Below, in pieces: positions 27,150 through 40,989 of a DNA stretch of 64,000 nucleotides. A program made the position numbers and the translations under genes. The first letter of the stretch is position 1. Every line of letters starts with the position of its first letter. A model generated the notes under the pieces. It was not told where the DNA came from. It worked only from the letters and a program-made list of their open reading frames with translations, and searched no databases. The stretch is from Hydrolagus affinis. Taxonomy: Eukaryota. The DNA is taken from positions 62,001 through 126,000 of the forward strand of contig JAAILG010000199.1 in assembly GCA_012026655.1 (NCBI GenBank), written 5' to 3'.

Positions 27150-28300
27150 TGATTGTATTTGCAGAATGAGAGAGATTGGTACGAGAACTGGACATCAAAT
27201 TTAAGAAATCTGTGGATACGGTTAGAGTGGTTAAATACACATACTTCAAGTTAAAGAACTTCTGTGATGATGTTACTGTACATTCCGTTCAGCGAGAAGA
27301 GACTATCAAGAAGGAACTCCAGCATTAAATATGTCCAGGTTGATAAGTGAAATGATTGACTGACAGTTTTGAGGAAAGAACTATCCACAGGATATAAATG
27401 GTGTTTCAGGATTCAGACAGCCATGTGAACAAATGTATTTTTGCTGCCAAATGAAAGACAAGGCAACGAAAACTACCTTAACTGATTGCATCTTATAAAG
27501 ACAGAGGAACATGATGATGAGTGTATTGGGGCAGGATGTTGCTTGTGACAAGCATACATGACAATGTAAATATTAGTTTCCAACTTTCGAGCTGTGTGCA
27601 ATCTGTTTCTGCTCAGGGTCTTTGAATACAATAAGAAATCCAGCTAATTTCCATCAACAAAGGAATGGGGTAAGGTCAAATTTCACAATGATTCTGTGAT
27701 GGATCCGGTAGGCTGAGCAGCACAGAGAAGATATACACATAACTTTGACTTGCAAGTTGTCAAGAAATATGTCACACCCTTGTGAAGTACAGAAACAAGG
27801 CAGAAAGGAATGCATTATTTGCAACTGAGCAAGTTGAGATTCTGCATTTATTTCAAGAATTTCATGAGGTAAAGCAACATTATCACAATCCATACTCACA
27901 ATTTAAGGCCAAAGATAGGTTGTGGGGAGTTATATTAGACAAAGAATCAGATCTAATGATAATCGTCAGGACTCCATTTGGACCAAGTGACATACACATG
28001 CCACTTAGTTCTGTAGCAATTTGTCAAGTTAATAATAAAACTCTTAAGGGTGTTTCAAGAAGTAATTGAGCCTAGTTTATGCAGAAAGAAGAGATCGTAT
28101 GAGTGACACAGGAGATGCCATACCAAGAATCCCCACAGCCTGTTTGAGAAAACATTGGGAAAAATTTTAGATGAAACAAGAAGAAACGTAATTTGTAATT
28201 GGTGGAAGAACCATCATTCCACATGAATACAGCAATAGTGTTAAGCTGAAAGAACAGAAAGATCAGATCCTACAAAAGTTGAAACAGCAATGTATGCAAT
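27150..28300 (+). mobile_element. Highly decayed Gypsy (Mag-like) LTR retrotransposon internal remnant
   Basis: ORF 27782-28069 has KAKDRLWGVILDKESDLMIIVRTPFG, resembling the RT motif DAxxGFWQxxLDxESxxLTTFxTPFG. There is a gag-like N-terminus near 27400 and an integrase-like P.Q.P.*ENIG near 28110-28165. Confidence 0.6.
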
Positions 28301-29344
28301 TCAATTGTCAAAAATAAAAACGAATACTTTCAAAATAAACTGTCCATTACACATGTGATTTTGTTGCCATCCCTGGTGATGATGTGTTAAAAAAACACAG
28401 AAGATAGCTCAGTATTTGAAAGTAGAAGGTAGATTAATGCTTCAGAATCTGATAAGAAATACTTTTGAAGGTGTTGACCTCAAATGTTAAACTAACATTC
28501 TCTTTCATATGGCCAAATCCCGCTGTATAATTCTAGCATTTTATCTTTTTTATGTCAAAGTTTTCCACAAGACATTTTTACATAGAAATTATTAACAGCT
28601 AGATGTAAAGTAGCTGTCTATGACGATAATAAAGCAATCCTATTATAAACACATAAAGTTGATAACTTGACTGACTATTTGTCACTGTCAATGCCACAAA
28701 ATCCTCCACCATAAAGTGACAAAATATTAACTGGGAAGGTCAGAGAAAGTTGTGCAATGGAAAAGCTGTTTTCTGGATAACATTGTGCTTAGATTGATTA
28801 AATTTTTTGCTTTGGATTTTAATTAGAGTGCACAGAAATAATAACTTTTTTTTAAATAATAAGCTGATTTGAATTCCACAACTTTATACTTTCTTTTGAA
28901 CTGTGACACATCATTGCCTTTTAAATTATACAGCCTTCAGTAAATTACATGTGAAGAAGGTTAACTTTCTATCGCCTTATTAATTTAATCTTTGACTGGA
29001 ATCTGGCATGATGTAAAACAAATTAAATTCTGGCTGAGATGGAAGTCTGTCTTCTCAAATCCTGGAATATTGATTTTTTCACTTTGGTTTTGACACACGG
29101 TCAAGTATAGCCTGAAGTAGAGGTAATCTTAATGAGTCTGTCAGTTTTTGATAACTAGGGTCAATAAATACATCTGCTTTCCAAAATCTAATTACCATTT
29201 TAAATTCGCAAACCCAAATAAAACTGCTCTGCTGAAAGGTAGTGATTTGGAGTATTTCAAAATCTAACAAAACACAGTTAAATGGATTTTTCTTGTGTTG
29301 TCTGTCACAGTTTATGGTTAATCAGACAGAAGTAACAGTGATAA

Positions 29345-29563
29345 TATAATAACAATAATCCTTGCATTTGATATAGCACCTTATCATGTCTTTCAGACGT
29401 CTCAAAGCACTTCACAGAATATACTGTAAAGTGAATTAACTGTGTATTTGTGAGCGAAACGCAGCAGCCAATTGCGCACAGCAGTGTTGTACAACCAGTT
29501 GTGGATTGAAATTACCAATTTTTATTATATTTCTTGAGGGATTATTATCCCTCAAGGTGTGTA
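29345..29563 (-). mobile_element. DeuSINE, 5'-truncated
   Basis: Close to the window consensus of the family. Confidence 0.88.
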
Positions 29564-30324
29564 GGTATAGTTTCAATATAGTTTCAATTCTTCCATTATT
29601 GAAACCAAAACAAATGTAGAGAATAAAAGTTCCGTTTGTGTTTTATTTTTCATTCAAATCAGGCCTTGTTTTAATGAGTTGGCGTGAACCTCTCCAGAAA
29701 TATATAAATTACAATACATTTTCCAAAGCACTTTGGGACGTTCTGCACAACACTATGAAAAACACTATATCAAATGCAAGAATTATTATTATTAGTATTA
29801 ATAAATTAACTTAATCCAAACAAACCAGTGCAGTATTGCATCCAAACACCAATAGTCAACGGCATTGAAGTCATTCACAACGTCGCAAGTACCTTTAAAG
29901 CACAGCAATGCAATTGTTATTCACCTGAAACCTAAGCAAATACAGTACATTGCACTATCAAGGAGATGTCATAGTAATATTCCCCAATGATCAGACAGCG
30001 TTTCAGGATATATTTAGAAAGATGATTTCCATATGCTATATTTAAAGTGTGTGTTGAACTCTGCTACATTCAAGATACAAAGAATAATTTTAAATAGTAA
30101 AACTATATAATTAGATGATATTTGTCTCATTGCTTCAGACATGAGCCTGGAGCATAATTACTAAAAATTGAAAATCTGATAAGCTAAACTTTCCCAAATC
30201 ACCTGCTAAACCATTTTGTTTTTTATCCTCAAACTTTCCTGGTAAATACATACAATCAATCAATTGGATCCCTCAGCTTCCAACATGAAAGTTCTAGAGA
30301 ATATCTCGCAATACAAATAGTCGC

Positions 30325-30338
30325 CTAGTAGATGGCAG
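30325..30338 (+). promoter_or_regulatory. CTCF-like motif
   Basis: CTAGTAGATGGCAG has 1 mismatch to CCASYAGRKGGCRS. Confidence 0.35.
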
Positions 30339-31129
30339 TCTAGTTTCCTGGCCAGCAGATCTCGAATAATTACTGTAAAAAATAATTATTGAGCAAAGAA
30401 TCAGAAATCAGTGATACCGAAAAAAATAACTTAAAGTGTTGCAAAGTAAATGGTAAAATTTTTGAGCAGTCTGTGTTTACTTCTGGATAAAAAAAATTGA
30501 ACAGTTACTTTCATATGAATTTTTACCGGTATTTTTGTTTGGAGGTGGGGGGTAGTGGGGGATAACTGAGAACAATAACAAATAACAAGTAACAAATAAC
30601 AATTTGTAGCCCAAATCAATTGCACATTTAATCCTGGGATGCTGAAAAAACGGAACATCCTATATAAAGGGTGTTGATAGGATAGTTCTCATAGACCACA
30701 CATACTAATGCAGAGATTATTGAATTTGCATCCGATTGTATTTGTAAAACCCTTGTGAGTGAAATGCTGGCATCAACATGAATTCAATTAAGACCAAAGG
30801 TCTTTTGCGCGGAGCTTGGGTGTAAGGAACTTGAATTGGAAACAATAGTCAAATGCTAACTGAACTTTTCAAATAATTCAGGTTCAGATTCTGTGACCTA
30901 AGAATGATAAATAAAGAATATTTAAATTGTCAAACTCACATATAAATGGATCGGAAAAATTGCAGAGTAACATGAAAGTAAATTAGAATTCCACAGAAGC
31001 AGAACCCTTCAGTGTCTAATGATAACTTATCTAATCAAAATATATGAATTCAAGAATAATTTGGAGCGTTATCATTTTGAGGATGGATGGAAATTTGCAA
31101 GGGCTTTGAATTTTACAAAGATAAACCCA

Positions 31130-31550
31130 GGGCTTGACAAGTAGCAGACATTAAACAGTAACATTCAGGTAATATAATTTTCTGTACACAGTCTGATTGT
31201 ATAATTTAATGCCATTTGGGCATAGATTAGGGAATTGTAACAGGAAACAAAAAATATGGCAAAAATTGACTGAATAATAGGAAAGAGATTAAATCTGTGA
31301 ACATATTGTTGCATATTTGCTTTAACGACATAAGTGACAATTGATTATGGAAGGTGCAAGTATAAAAGGATTCTGGGAAGCTTGGAAAGCAGATTGGAAA
31401 GAGAGTGTGAGAGGTTGATTTGAAAGAAGTTGACTTGTAAAGTTTGCATTCAAGAATTGAGTGAATCTACATTGTGTTTTGTGCATTAAATAACATTATA
31501 CATACAGTGGCAGAAATGCATAAAAGGGATACTTTAAGTTGATCTCCATT
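31130..31550 (+). mobile_element. Very old CR1-like ORF2 remnant
   Basis: Purine-rich and degenerate, with patches resembling the CR1 RT C-terminal region. No open frame. Confidence 0.3.
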
Positions 31551-32724
31551 ACTGAATAATTCTGGTAGTACCACAACAAAATTACATTTATAGAGCGCCT
31601 TGCACGTCACATAGTACTGAACTGATGCAATATGTTGTCCACAAAGGAAAGCAAGTTTGATAAATTGATAGGGCCGAAATCTTGAAGTCCAAACAAATTC
31701 CCCGGAACATTGACCTAGAACAGGATCTCTTCCAAACTCAAACCCAAATGATGATGGAAGTGAGAGATAAGTGTATCATTCTGGTCAACTAGCTCCTCTT
31801 TGACCAGTTCCCAATGTGATGCACAGCTGTAGATCAGCAATTAAATTCTACATGACAAATTAGATTCAGAAGTAAGCTTTTATCTGGTTGTTTTTTTTCT
31901 GGCAGATTTTTGATCATAGATTGTGGAACATCCATTCTATTGAATATGTAAATATGGTGGGATCACATGGTATTCAAAGCAATGCAGTCTGAAGCTTTGT
32001 CTAATGTCAGGTTTAACAATTGCATAAATATTTCAACAGGAACCTCCATAATTTATGTTTGAAGTTCTGCTGAATTTGCATTTGGAATATAGAACATTTT
32101 TGTATACCTAAAAAAAAGGAACACAATGGACTGATAGAATTGCAGAGGGAAATGTGGTAAAATTACTGTACAAAATTAGATCTGTCACATCTAAATTATT
32201 TCCAGTGGCCATGTTTATGTGAAAAAATAAGCTTTTCTGTATGTATCACTGTAATATTATCTAGTATTTTAATTGATTTGCACTCTATGTGACTGTTTGT
32301 TCCTTAACACTACTTCCAGTGATGTTGCAACAAGCTTATCTATTTAAAGGTAAAACAGAAACTATTTATATCCTGCTCATGCATAATAACCAGGGATGTA
32401 CATTGTTAATGAAAAACGGAAACTCTACAGTTACAAGAGGAAGTTCATGAGCCACAATGACTGTAAGTCTATCTCTTGAAAGTAATACCGGCTACTCTCT
32501 CTTGATTGTACAGTATTTATTTATTGTCACTCATTGGGTTAGTGTGGGGTGTTTTTACTGTTTGTTAAACGTAAGTGGGGAGTGGGGGTGAGTGGATGGG
32601 GGCGGGGGGAATTTTCCTTCTTTGGGCATTATGACCTTTTAAATAGGTATCAGAAATATAATTAAAACGTGATATGATCCAATTATCTGCTGAGCTGCCG
32701 AATGTTACCTAGGGTGTTGTGAAT

Positions 32725-33004
32725 GGTTACAGCTCGATAGTCGGAAGTTTCGTTAGTCCGAAAGGTTCATTAGTCCGAAGGTTCGTTAGTCCGAAGCTTC
32801 CCCTAACCCTAACCCTAACTCTAACCCTAACCCTAACGATGGAAATGTTTGGATTAACAAACCTTATTTCATTGTCGGTTCGGACTATCGAGCGGTAACC
32901 ACGGTAACCGCCCCAGGTATAGGAAATTTGCGTGTTCGGACTATCGAACCTTTGGACTAATGAACCTTCGGACTATCAAACCTTCGGACTATCGTGTGCT
33001 CCCC
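32725..33004. mobile_element. Fold-back MITE-like element with an internal telomeric tract
   Basis: Inverted arrays of a 16-17 bp unit, a TIR pair at 32725-32746 and 32879-32900, and flanks TTGTGAAT / TTGTGAAC. Confidence 0.75.
32801..32836 (-). repeat. Interstitial telomeric repeat (TTAGGG)6 with one variant unit
   Basis: CCCTAA x3, CTCTAA, CCCTAA x2. Confidence 0.95.
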
Positions 33005-33272
33005 TTGTGAACTGAGGCCACCAATCACATTGAGTCTTGCTGCATTAAATAGCCTTGCAACAAGTAGGTAAATAAAGTCATTAACATATACAGAGGGGGA
33101 TGTAAGGGGGATACAATGCAAATACAAGGCTTTGGATGTATTATTCTTAAACATGGTGATAGGTTTCCACATGTGTCAGATAAACGGTTGACTAAAAAAT
33201 AAATTGAAATGATTATTCTTATTGTTTTCATATAAACATTCAATTCAACTATATTTCAAAGGCTTGAACTCC

Positions 33273-33390
33273 TAGAATCATGGAAATTTACAGCACAGAA
33301 GAAAGCCATTTGGCCCACTGTGTCTATGCTTACTCTCACAATTAATCTTTTCAGTCCCATTTCCCATTTACCTGCCTTTCCCCACATCCA
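33273..33390 (-). mobile_element. CR1 3' terminus
   Basis: TAGAATCATGGAAATTTACAGCACAGAAGAAAGCCATTTGGCCCA. Confidence 0.65.
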
Positions 33391-36300
33391 AATCTTATGG
33401 AATGTGCACTGAGGTTGGAGGCACATTTGTATTCTAAGTACAGTATTTATTACTTTGCCTTTTCAATGAGAACATATTGCTTGAAATGCATATTAAATAA
33501 ATTATAAATATATATGTGTCTGGCTTTTTCTTACAATACATACCTATCAATTTTAATCTCAATTACGGGTAAATTGACAAAGTAAACTGCAAACTGTAGA
33601 TATAGTCGGTTACTGATAGAGAATCCACTGAATTCTTAATTTTTTATGTATAGCTTGTATATTCTTTTAGGCTTTCCAGAACATGTAACTAATTTAGACA
33701 GTCTTGCAATGAATCAGTTCTTGAATGTTTATTCCATCACTCCCACATATTCACAACAAATCCCTTTCTGAACTACATCAATGTTTCTTAAAATTGAGCA
33801 AACCAAACTGAATCACACAGTGACACTAAATAAAAGTAAGATGGAAAGTCCTGGTAAATTTCTTAATTTTTGAAGTTACAACACCTCTCCTCCATAAAAT
33901 ATACAGACAATTCACTTAACAGTATATTTTTGTGAAGCACTTCGAGTTGTCTCATAGACATGATAAGGTGCTAATTAAATGCAAGAATTATTATTATTAT
34001 TATAAGCTATTATTACAAGTTCAAGCCTATGAAGATCACCCCTCTCTTTAAAATGAGAATGGGGTCACGTTGGGCATCAATGCCTGCATGTATTTGCACC
34101 AAAGCTGCTCATAATTCGCCCATGAATAATTTATTGCTGAATTATTTGGTCTTGGTCCCAAAAGTGCATGCAGATTATTCTGCCAATAAGACAAGTCCAT
34201 GTGTGCAACAGTTTAGTCTCTGCAGAGCTCTGCTGACACCCGCATTTCTATAAAATGAATTGGGTAACACAATACTCACTGAGTGGTAAACAGTCATGCG
34301 ATGTGACTAAAGCAGTAAGTGATTATTTATTTTCTGAGACAGATTGATTGATTGATTGTTTAAATATCCAATCTTTTTCTAAAGCTTTGAGCCACGTGTC
34401 TGCGGCTCACAGCGAACAATGAATCTGGACACCCGGGTACACTTCGAACCAACTTTAACCAAAATTGTCACGCAGATAAAGATTTGGCTGCTTCTCTTCC
34501 TACGCCCTTCCTCATGACACAAAATACATTTTGCTCAGCCTTCGTATCTCTTAGCAACTGGCTATAAAATGTTGGCAACACACTGGAAGCTATTCTTGCC
34601 ATTGGAGCACTGCATCCAATAGTCTATTAGTATAGACAACTAAATACAAACTGTGGCAAGGCCAATTACATTGGAAAAGAATTTACTCTGGGTTATTCAC
34701 CGTCAATTGGCTATTTTACGAATGTCATTGTTATGTCAGAAAACGGATCATTGTTGCCATTTTAGTCAGCTGGAGAATTTCTTATGGTTAAGGTTAATAA
34801 AGAGGCTGAGAGAACAACCTGAGACAGAAAGGTCATGAATAAAAGGTCCATCAAATACAATTATAATCCCAACATGAGGCAATGTACAGAATTGTGGGAC
34901 AATGCCAATGCTGTAAGGTACAGTAGGGTAGGGTACAGTCATGATGATACAACTAGCAATCCAATGTTTTTGTAGTCCGAACAATATGCTTTTTATTTGT
35001 TTGAATGTCACCCTCTAATTATGATAAATGTATATGTCATTTTGTAAAGTGTTTCAAATGTGAATGTCGCTTTGTGGGGTTATTTTAAATGCACATACTG
35101 TAATAAGAAATAGAATCCTTACATTTGATATATCGTCTTTCGAATCTGGAGATTGTCTCAAAGAGCTTCACAGAATGTACTGTAAAATGGATGACAATGC
35201 ATTTTGTAGGTGAATTCAGCAGCCAATTTGTGCACAGTGATGCTACACAAACAGCCATGAATTAGCAATTTTATTTGGATACATCTCTTTGGGAATTGTT
35301 TTCAATGTACGTATCCTTTGTCCTTGATTACTTCCTAAGTCTATTGATTTCTCTAACAACAGAAGTCAGACATGCTGGACAGGATTGACAGCAAAAGGTA
35401 ATTATGCTCAAAATTAGGTAGAAACGAATAGGCTGTTTCCAGCAAATTAACTTTAAGACAGGCGTGCAGGTGAGTAGTGAAATTGAGATAAATATCTTGA
35501 CATTAGCTTACTTACCGTTTGTTGCATGAAGCGTGCACAAGGGGAATGCTGGAATGTAGTATTACACAATTCCTCACTGGATATCCTGTTCATCTGAGTG
35601 TCAGTAATTATTGGCGAATGGATTGTAAATGGCAAAAGTCCTCAGTGTACACAGGTTATAAATAACATTTGTTTCCTGGATAAAGTCCTTAAATATCCGG
35701 CTATATACTGGTCCCTTGCCAATTAGAAACTAATGTGAGGGGCTAAAAAGTGAATCAATTGCTTGCCACTACAATTCAATCTTGCGAATGGCACGCATGC
35801 AGAGAATATTCTTTGCTGGTACCTAATCTTAGGTTCTCAACACTTTAGCAGCATTACCCATAGTATGGGAACCAGAGTCAGGGAAAGCCGCTTGCAATAT
35901 TTGATTCCCGTCCAGCTGTCAGGACGTCAGCCAATCTGAAGGTTCAGCAATGAAGTTATCTTTGAGTTTGAGGGACAGATCAATGAGTTCCTGCAAAAAA
36001 ACTCGGAGAATTCTGACCGCAGGTAATTAACTTGTTGACTTATTTGACATAGGCATGCCAGGTACTAACACAGGCAAACCAACCTTCACACGTGGCTACA
36101 TGAAGCAGTTTAACAGGCTGTCATATTTCTAATTATTTGCACCTCAGGTCTTGATATTTATTTTATTAGTACTATTATTATAATGCAATAATGCTGGAGA
36201 AATACAATTGTGTGTTTAGCATGAGACTGGATATCATCTGGAGTTCCTGAAACAATGTCCCGTTGGATGATACTCAACATTTTTATATTAGCCTCTTCCA

Positions 36301-36416
36301 GCACCTTGGGAGATCCTCTCGATGTGAAAGGCGCGACACAAATGTAATTTTGTGTTGTATTGTATAGAAACTCAAAACTACAAAAGTGAAGATCATTCGG
36401 GGAAGAGGAGAGATCA

Positions 36417-36717
36417 CTGTAGTTCAATGGTTAGAGCACTCACCTTACAAGTGAAAGACCTGGGTTCAATTCCAAACAGGTTGAAACCTTGGGTAAGTTT
36501 CCTTACTCTACATGCCTAGCAATAATCCCTCAAAAAAACAACAAGAATAAAAATTGGGAATTTCAATCCACGACTGTTTTGGGACACTACTGTCCAGAAT
36601 TGGCTTTCACGTTTTGCCCACATATATACGGTCAATTCACTTTACAGTATATTCTGTGAAGCGCTTTGAGACATCGAAAAGATGTGAAACGCATTATTTC
36701 AAATGCAAGGATTATTA
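36417..36717 (+). mobile_element. Full-length DeuSINE
   Basis: Head GTAGTTCAATGGTTAGAGCACTC..GGGTTCAATTCC, followed by the core and an ATT tail. Confidence 0.9.
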
Positions 36718-37172
36718 GTATGTCCGAGTGACTCCGCACAACAGGTTCAACTTCCAGCTGTACAGTAAGATTGACATCTTGTTTCCAACAAATTCCAACA
36801 CACGTCTCTGTTGACACAAAGTCACCTAACCTTCAGCTTTTTTAGAGGAAGAGAGGAGGAGGAGGGGTGGGGGGGTTATGACAAACACAGATTGATGCAT
36901 TAAACAACAATATTCTTAATAAGCTTCTGGGGTTATAGTAACTCCTTTCAAGTTTGTGAGAAATGGATTTCTAAATTTACTAATAAATAATCATTTTGAC
37001 TATGATAACAGAACTCTGGGATGTCAGGCAATTTATATGCAAAATGATTTAAAAAATTTTTAATTACCTTTTGAAGGATCGGGGTGATTGTGAAGCTTTT
37101 TGAAAGATAACTCTGTCATATGGAACCTTGTCGTTAATTTTCACCATAGCAGGTGATAATTGAGTTATGACT

Positions 37173-37420
37173 CTGAACAATGAGTGGAAAGAATCAGGCT
37201 CTCCAGTCTTGAAAGGAGACTTCTCACGTGGAACTTTATAGATTGATACGTGATACTGATTGAGAAGAGTAAATCCAGAATCAAATTTTTGGATGCACCG
37301 AGACAGCAGAACAGGAGGACAAAGTTTTAGGATTCATATTTTTGTACAGTTGCAAAGGACAATTTCAGGATAGACACTAGAAATGTTTGTTTACCAACCA
37401 AATGATTAATAATGGGAACA
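37173..37420 (+). mobile_element. Old CR1 ORF2 C-terminal fragment
   Basis: Frameshifted RIRLSSLERRLL...RVNPES...RDSRTGG, equivalent to CR1 LxLxSLExRRLRGD...SRTRGH. Confidence 0.6.
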
Positions 37421-39577
37421 CGTGAGAAGGTACTAAAATGAGCATCAGAAGAGTTTTCTTGTCCAAACTTTCACTTGGCAACAGATATCAATAAATACCA
37501 TGCACACGGGTAGCTCCAAGGAAGAAATATAACGTATCTTGTGGTGATGCAGCTTTTGCAACATGGGAAGTCTCAATTTTCTTCATGTTTGCTTAACATG
37601 GTGTTCCCTGGGGACTAGAAGTGGAAATGGTGATAGCAAGTCAATCTTAATTTTAAATTCCTTTGGGAATCCCATAAAGTATTTTCTTTTTGGTAATTAC
37701 ATATAGCCTTGTATGTATAATGTATATAACAAATATATATCTTGTGTCCTAGCAAGAGACAAGATATTATGAATATTATCCCTCTATTTTCACATCTTTT
37801 TATTATTGTACTGGTATCGTTGCCAAACAGCTAGTCAGAGGATTCGACATTCACCCTAGGAGATCTGTCTTGGGAAAAAACAAAGATTAATGCATGTTGT
37901 GTTCTGGCTCAAAGATAACAAATAGATGCTATGGGTGCATATTGAAATTAATAACCTCTCCCTTGATTGCATTTACTCAATTTGGGGCAAAAATGGCCCT
38001 TAAAACAATTTTATCAATATTTACAATTAACCTCAATCTTGACAAATTAATACCTAGCACTGAAGCTCCTTGCAGTATATGAACCCAATGAATTTATTAT
38101 TTGAAATATTACAAATCAGAAAGCCAAAGCTATCACATACTAAATATTACTGAAACTTGAGGAAGACACTGCATACATCATTACGGCCTGAGAGTTCAAG
38201 CTTGGTATTGAAACAGAGTAATCCGTATGGAATGTGGACTAACGAGAAGATTAGAGCTATCTGAATTAGAATAATGAGAGCATATATTGAATTCAATCAC
38301 CACACAATGCACAGGACGGGAGGGAATCAACTTGGGTCTAGATTTATTCTACCCAGGTAGCAGTTTAGAGCAGCCAGCATTTGCTAAATGGTTCAATTTA
38401 GTCATAACTTTGAAGATGGTTGTTTGTGTTGAGGTACTGCTGCAGTTTAGCAGCTAAAACTGTGCAGCTTGCCATTAAGAGCTTGCAATTGAGTGCATAT
38501 CTGGCAAGCTTCCCGTTGCTTATTCAGCTGGGACTACCCTACCTGTTAGGGCTTTGGCTCGGAGGGTTAACAGGATCTGAGTGGGAAGAAGCTCTGCTTT
38601 CAAACATACTGTAGTATGTGAAGCTACCACCCAAAGCCATTAGCAAATGTAAATTCTAAGAAAATTACTAAGGCTATTCTAAATTAATTAGAGAATTTTG
38701 GCTATATTTTATTAATAAAAATGGAATTGTCTGCACATCATTCTCGTTAGCTTAATTTTAATCAATCACTTGGTTTTCATGGATATTTTTAATTACATTT
38801 CTGAATTCTCTAGGTTCAGCTACAAGAATCTCTCACATGATGAATTTTAAGGTGCAATTCAAAAACAAAACTTAATAACCTATTACAGAAGAATTTTGAA
38901 TTTATGAAGACTAAGAATCTATTTATAGGCAATAAATCTCAATAGTTAAATGTTTCATGTGTTCATTCTCCCAACACCCACCCTGCACCACCTCTCCACC
39001 TCTGTTCCATCTAAATATAGTGGACATCTAAAGCTGATTTGCCTTGTGGCTCAGATGCAGTTTTGAACAAATTACAAGAAAACAACATGAAGCATGCTTA
39101 AAAATCCTGTGAGACAAATATAACTATCAAATTAGATAACGTAATGCAGAAATCTACTTACCCTTTCACCTATTCAGCAGCTCAATTCACAAATTAGTTA
39201 TGAAATTGAAAATATCACATAAAACTACATGACACCCCATTCTGCTGTCACCCCCACCAATGGCATTTTTAGAATAGATTAATGCTTGATAATAGTGAAA
39301 TTTCTAAAAATCACTCCAGAGAATTTGACAGCATGAAAAGAAAATTTATTTGCTCTCGCAACAATTTGATTTATATAGCATTCTTCAAGTAAGGTCTTGG
39401 AACACCTTATAGAGACGGGATTGGATTTCAAGCAAGGGAAATGGGAGGTTAGATGATCGTGGATGCAATTAAGTTGTATCAATACTAACATTGGATAACT
39501 GCAATGTGGGGTCAATAATAATACTTGCCTTTAAATCAGCATGTCATCGAAATTAAAAACCTCTCTTATCAAATAGC

Positions 39578-39780
39578 ATAAAGGGATCTTTAATGTCTAT
39601 CTGGACAGGCAGATAAGGCCTCAGTTTAATGTCTCATCCGAAAGTCAGCACCTCCAATAATGCAGCACATGCCACAGCACTGCCTAGAATAGACTGGGTG
39701 AGTCTGTGGAATGTCCCAATGTGGGATTTGAACCCATAGGTTTTGGCTCAGAGGCAAGAATGTTGTCAATGGAGCTAGGC
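39578..39780 (-). mobile_element. SacSINE1-like DeuSINE, 5' half
   Basis: GGGATCTTTAATGTC...GTTTAATGTCTCATCCGAAAG...GGGATTTGAACCC...CAGAGGCAAGA. Confidence 0.7.
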
Positions 39781-40989
39781 GAATGCCCAATGTTTTGTTG
39801 TCTCCCAGCTCACTTAACATGAGGGGTGTGGCTAATGATGTCATGTCGTGCACATAACGTGATAAAATCACTGTCACTACATCCTTTTATTTAGGATTTT
39901 GAAGCCGAGATCAATCGCATGAATATGTGATTGGGGACTTGTACAGCTGACCTCTGTTCTTTACCCCAATTGTTGTCAATCACAGGGCAAGAAGGTAGAG
40001 CAAAGTTCAGCAAAGTTCATCCAGAAGTACTTTGATTAATACTGAAAATTTGAATAACTTCAAAACAAATAGAGTTCAAAGATATTTTCAACAGAAATAT
40101 TTCAATGTTTCCTACCCACAAAGCATAAAATAAAACTTTACTTCATTAAATCACACACCAGCTTTAACCACAGAAACGTTACTATATATAGATGACACAC
40201 TGGCACAATATTTGTTTTGTTGACTAGCCTTGAACTGATTAAAGCCTTTAATGAGATTATGAAGGATAATTAACAACGGTTGGTTCTGTTGTTTCGAATT
40301 TTAATTAAGTCTGTTCATCTAGCTAGGGCAACTACCTAGGATTTATTTTCATGTCAAGAAATGGCTAAGGCCCTTCATCACATCAAGTAGAGCAATTAAC
40401 ACTAAACTGTGATCTTATACAGTTAGGAATAAAAAGCCCAGGTCCAAATGTCTCTGGTGGTATTGATGTGACTGAGCATTGCATGGAAATTCAAAATGGA
40501 TGTAACTCAATGTGGTCTCAGGTTTGATTCAGTGCATGTCAATGATCATATTGTGGAACATTAAAGCAGAAGGAGGGTGCATAAAGAGTTAAATGTGCTA
40601 GCAATTAAACCAGGCAGAGTAACTCAGGTATTGGACAAGCAGAGTGAAAACTTTCCAAAGAACGATATCAATGGCAAGCTGTGTGATTTTAGCTGGTTAG
40701 ACTCCAGCAGTTAACCCAACACACACTCTGAGGTCGCCAAGTTTTGGCTCTTGCAAAGTATGGCTAATACTTTCTGGAATTATGTAAGCAGAATGCTCAC
40801 TCTCTCCAGTGAAAATGTGTGCATATTATTCCAACAATCTATTTCTGGGATTTCCACGTGTAGGTGGACTAGAAATCTCAGCGTGGTTTACTCTTAAGCA
40901 CGGTGATGGATTTCCGTATGTGAATATTGAGCGTTACAATATTCAAGGCTCTCACCAGGTGTCTCGATGTGAACTAATGCAGCTAAAAG

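Noticed and set aside
32576-32609. G-quadruplex-like run next to the telomeric element
   Set aside because: It lies outside the TSD, and similar G-runs occur elsewhere (30541, 36860), so the adjacency is probably chance.
32735-32995. Regular 16-17 bp repeats as a CRISPR-like array
   Set aside because: The units are contiguous with no unique spacers, they occur as inverted arrays, and the context is vertebrate DNA with no cas genes.
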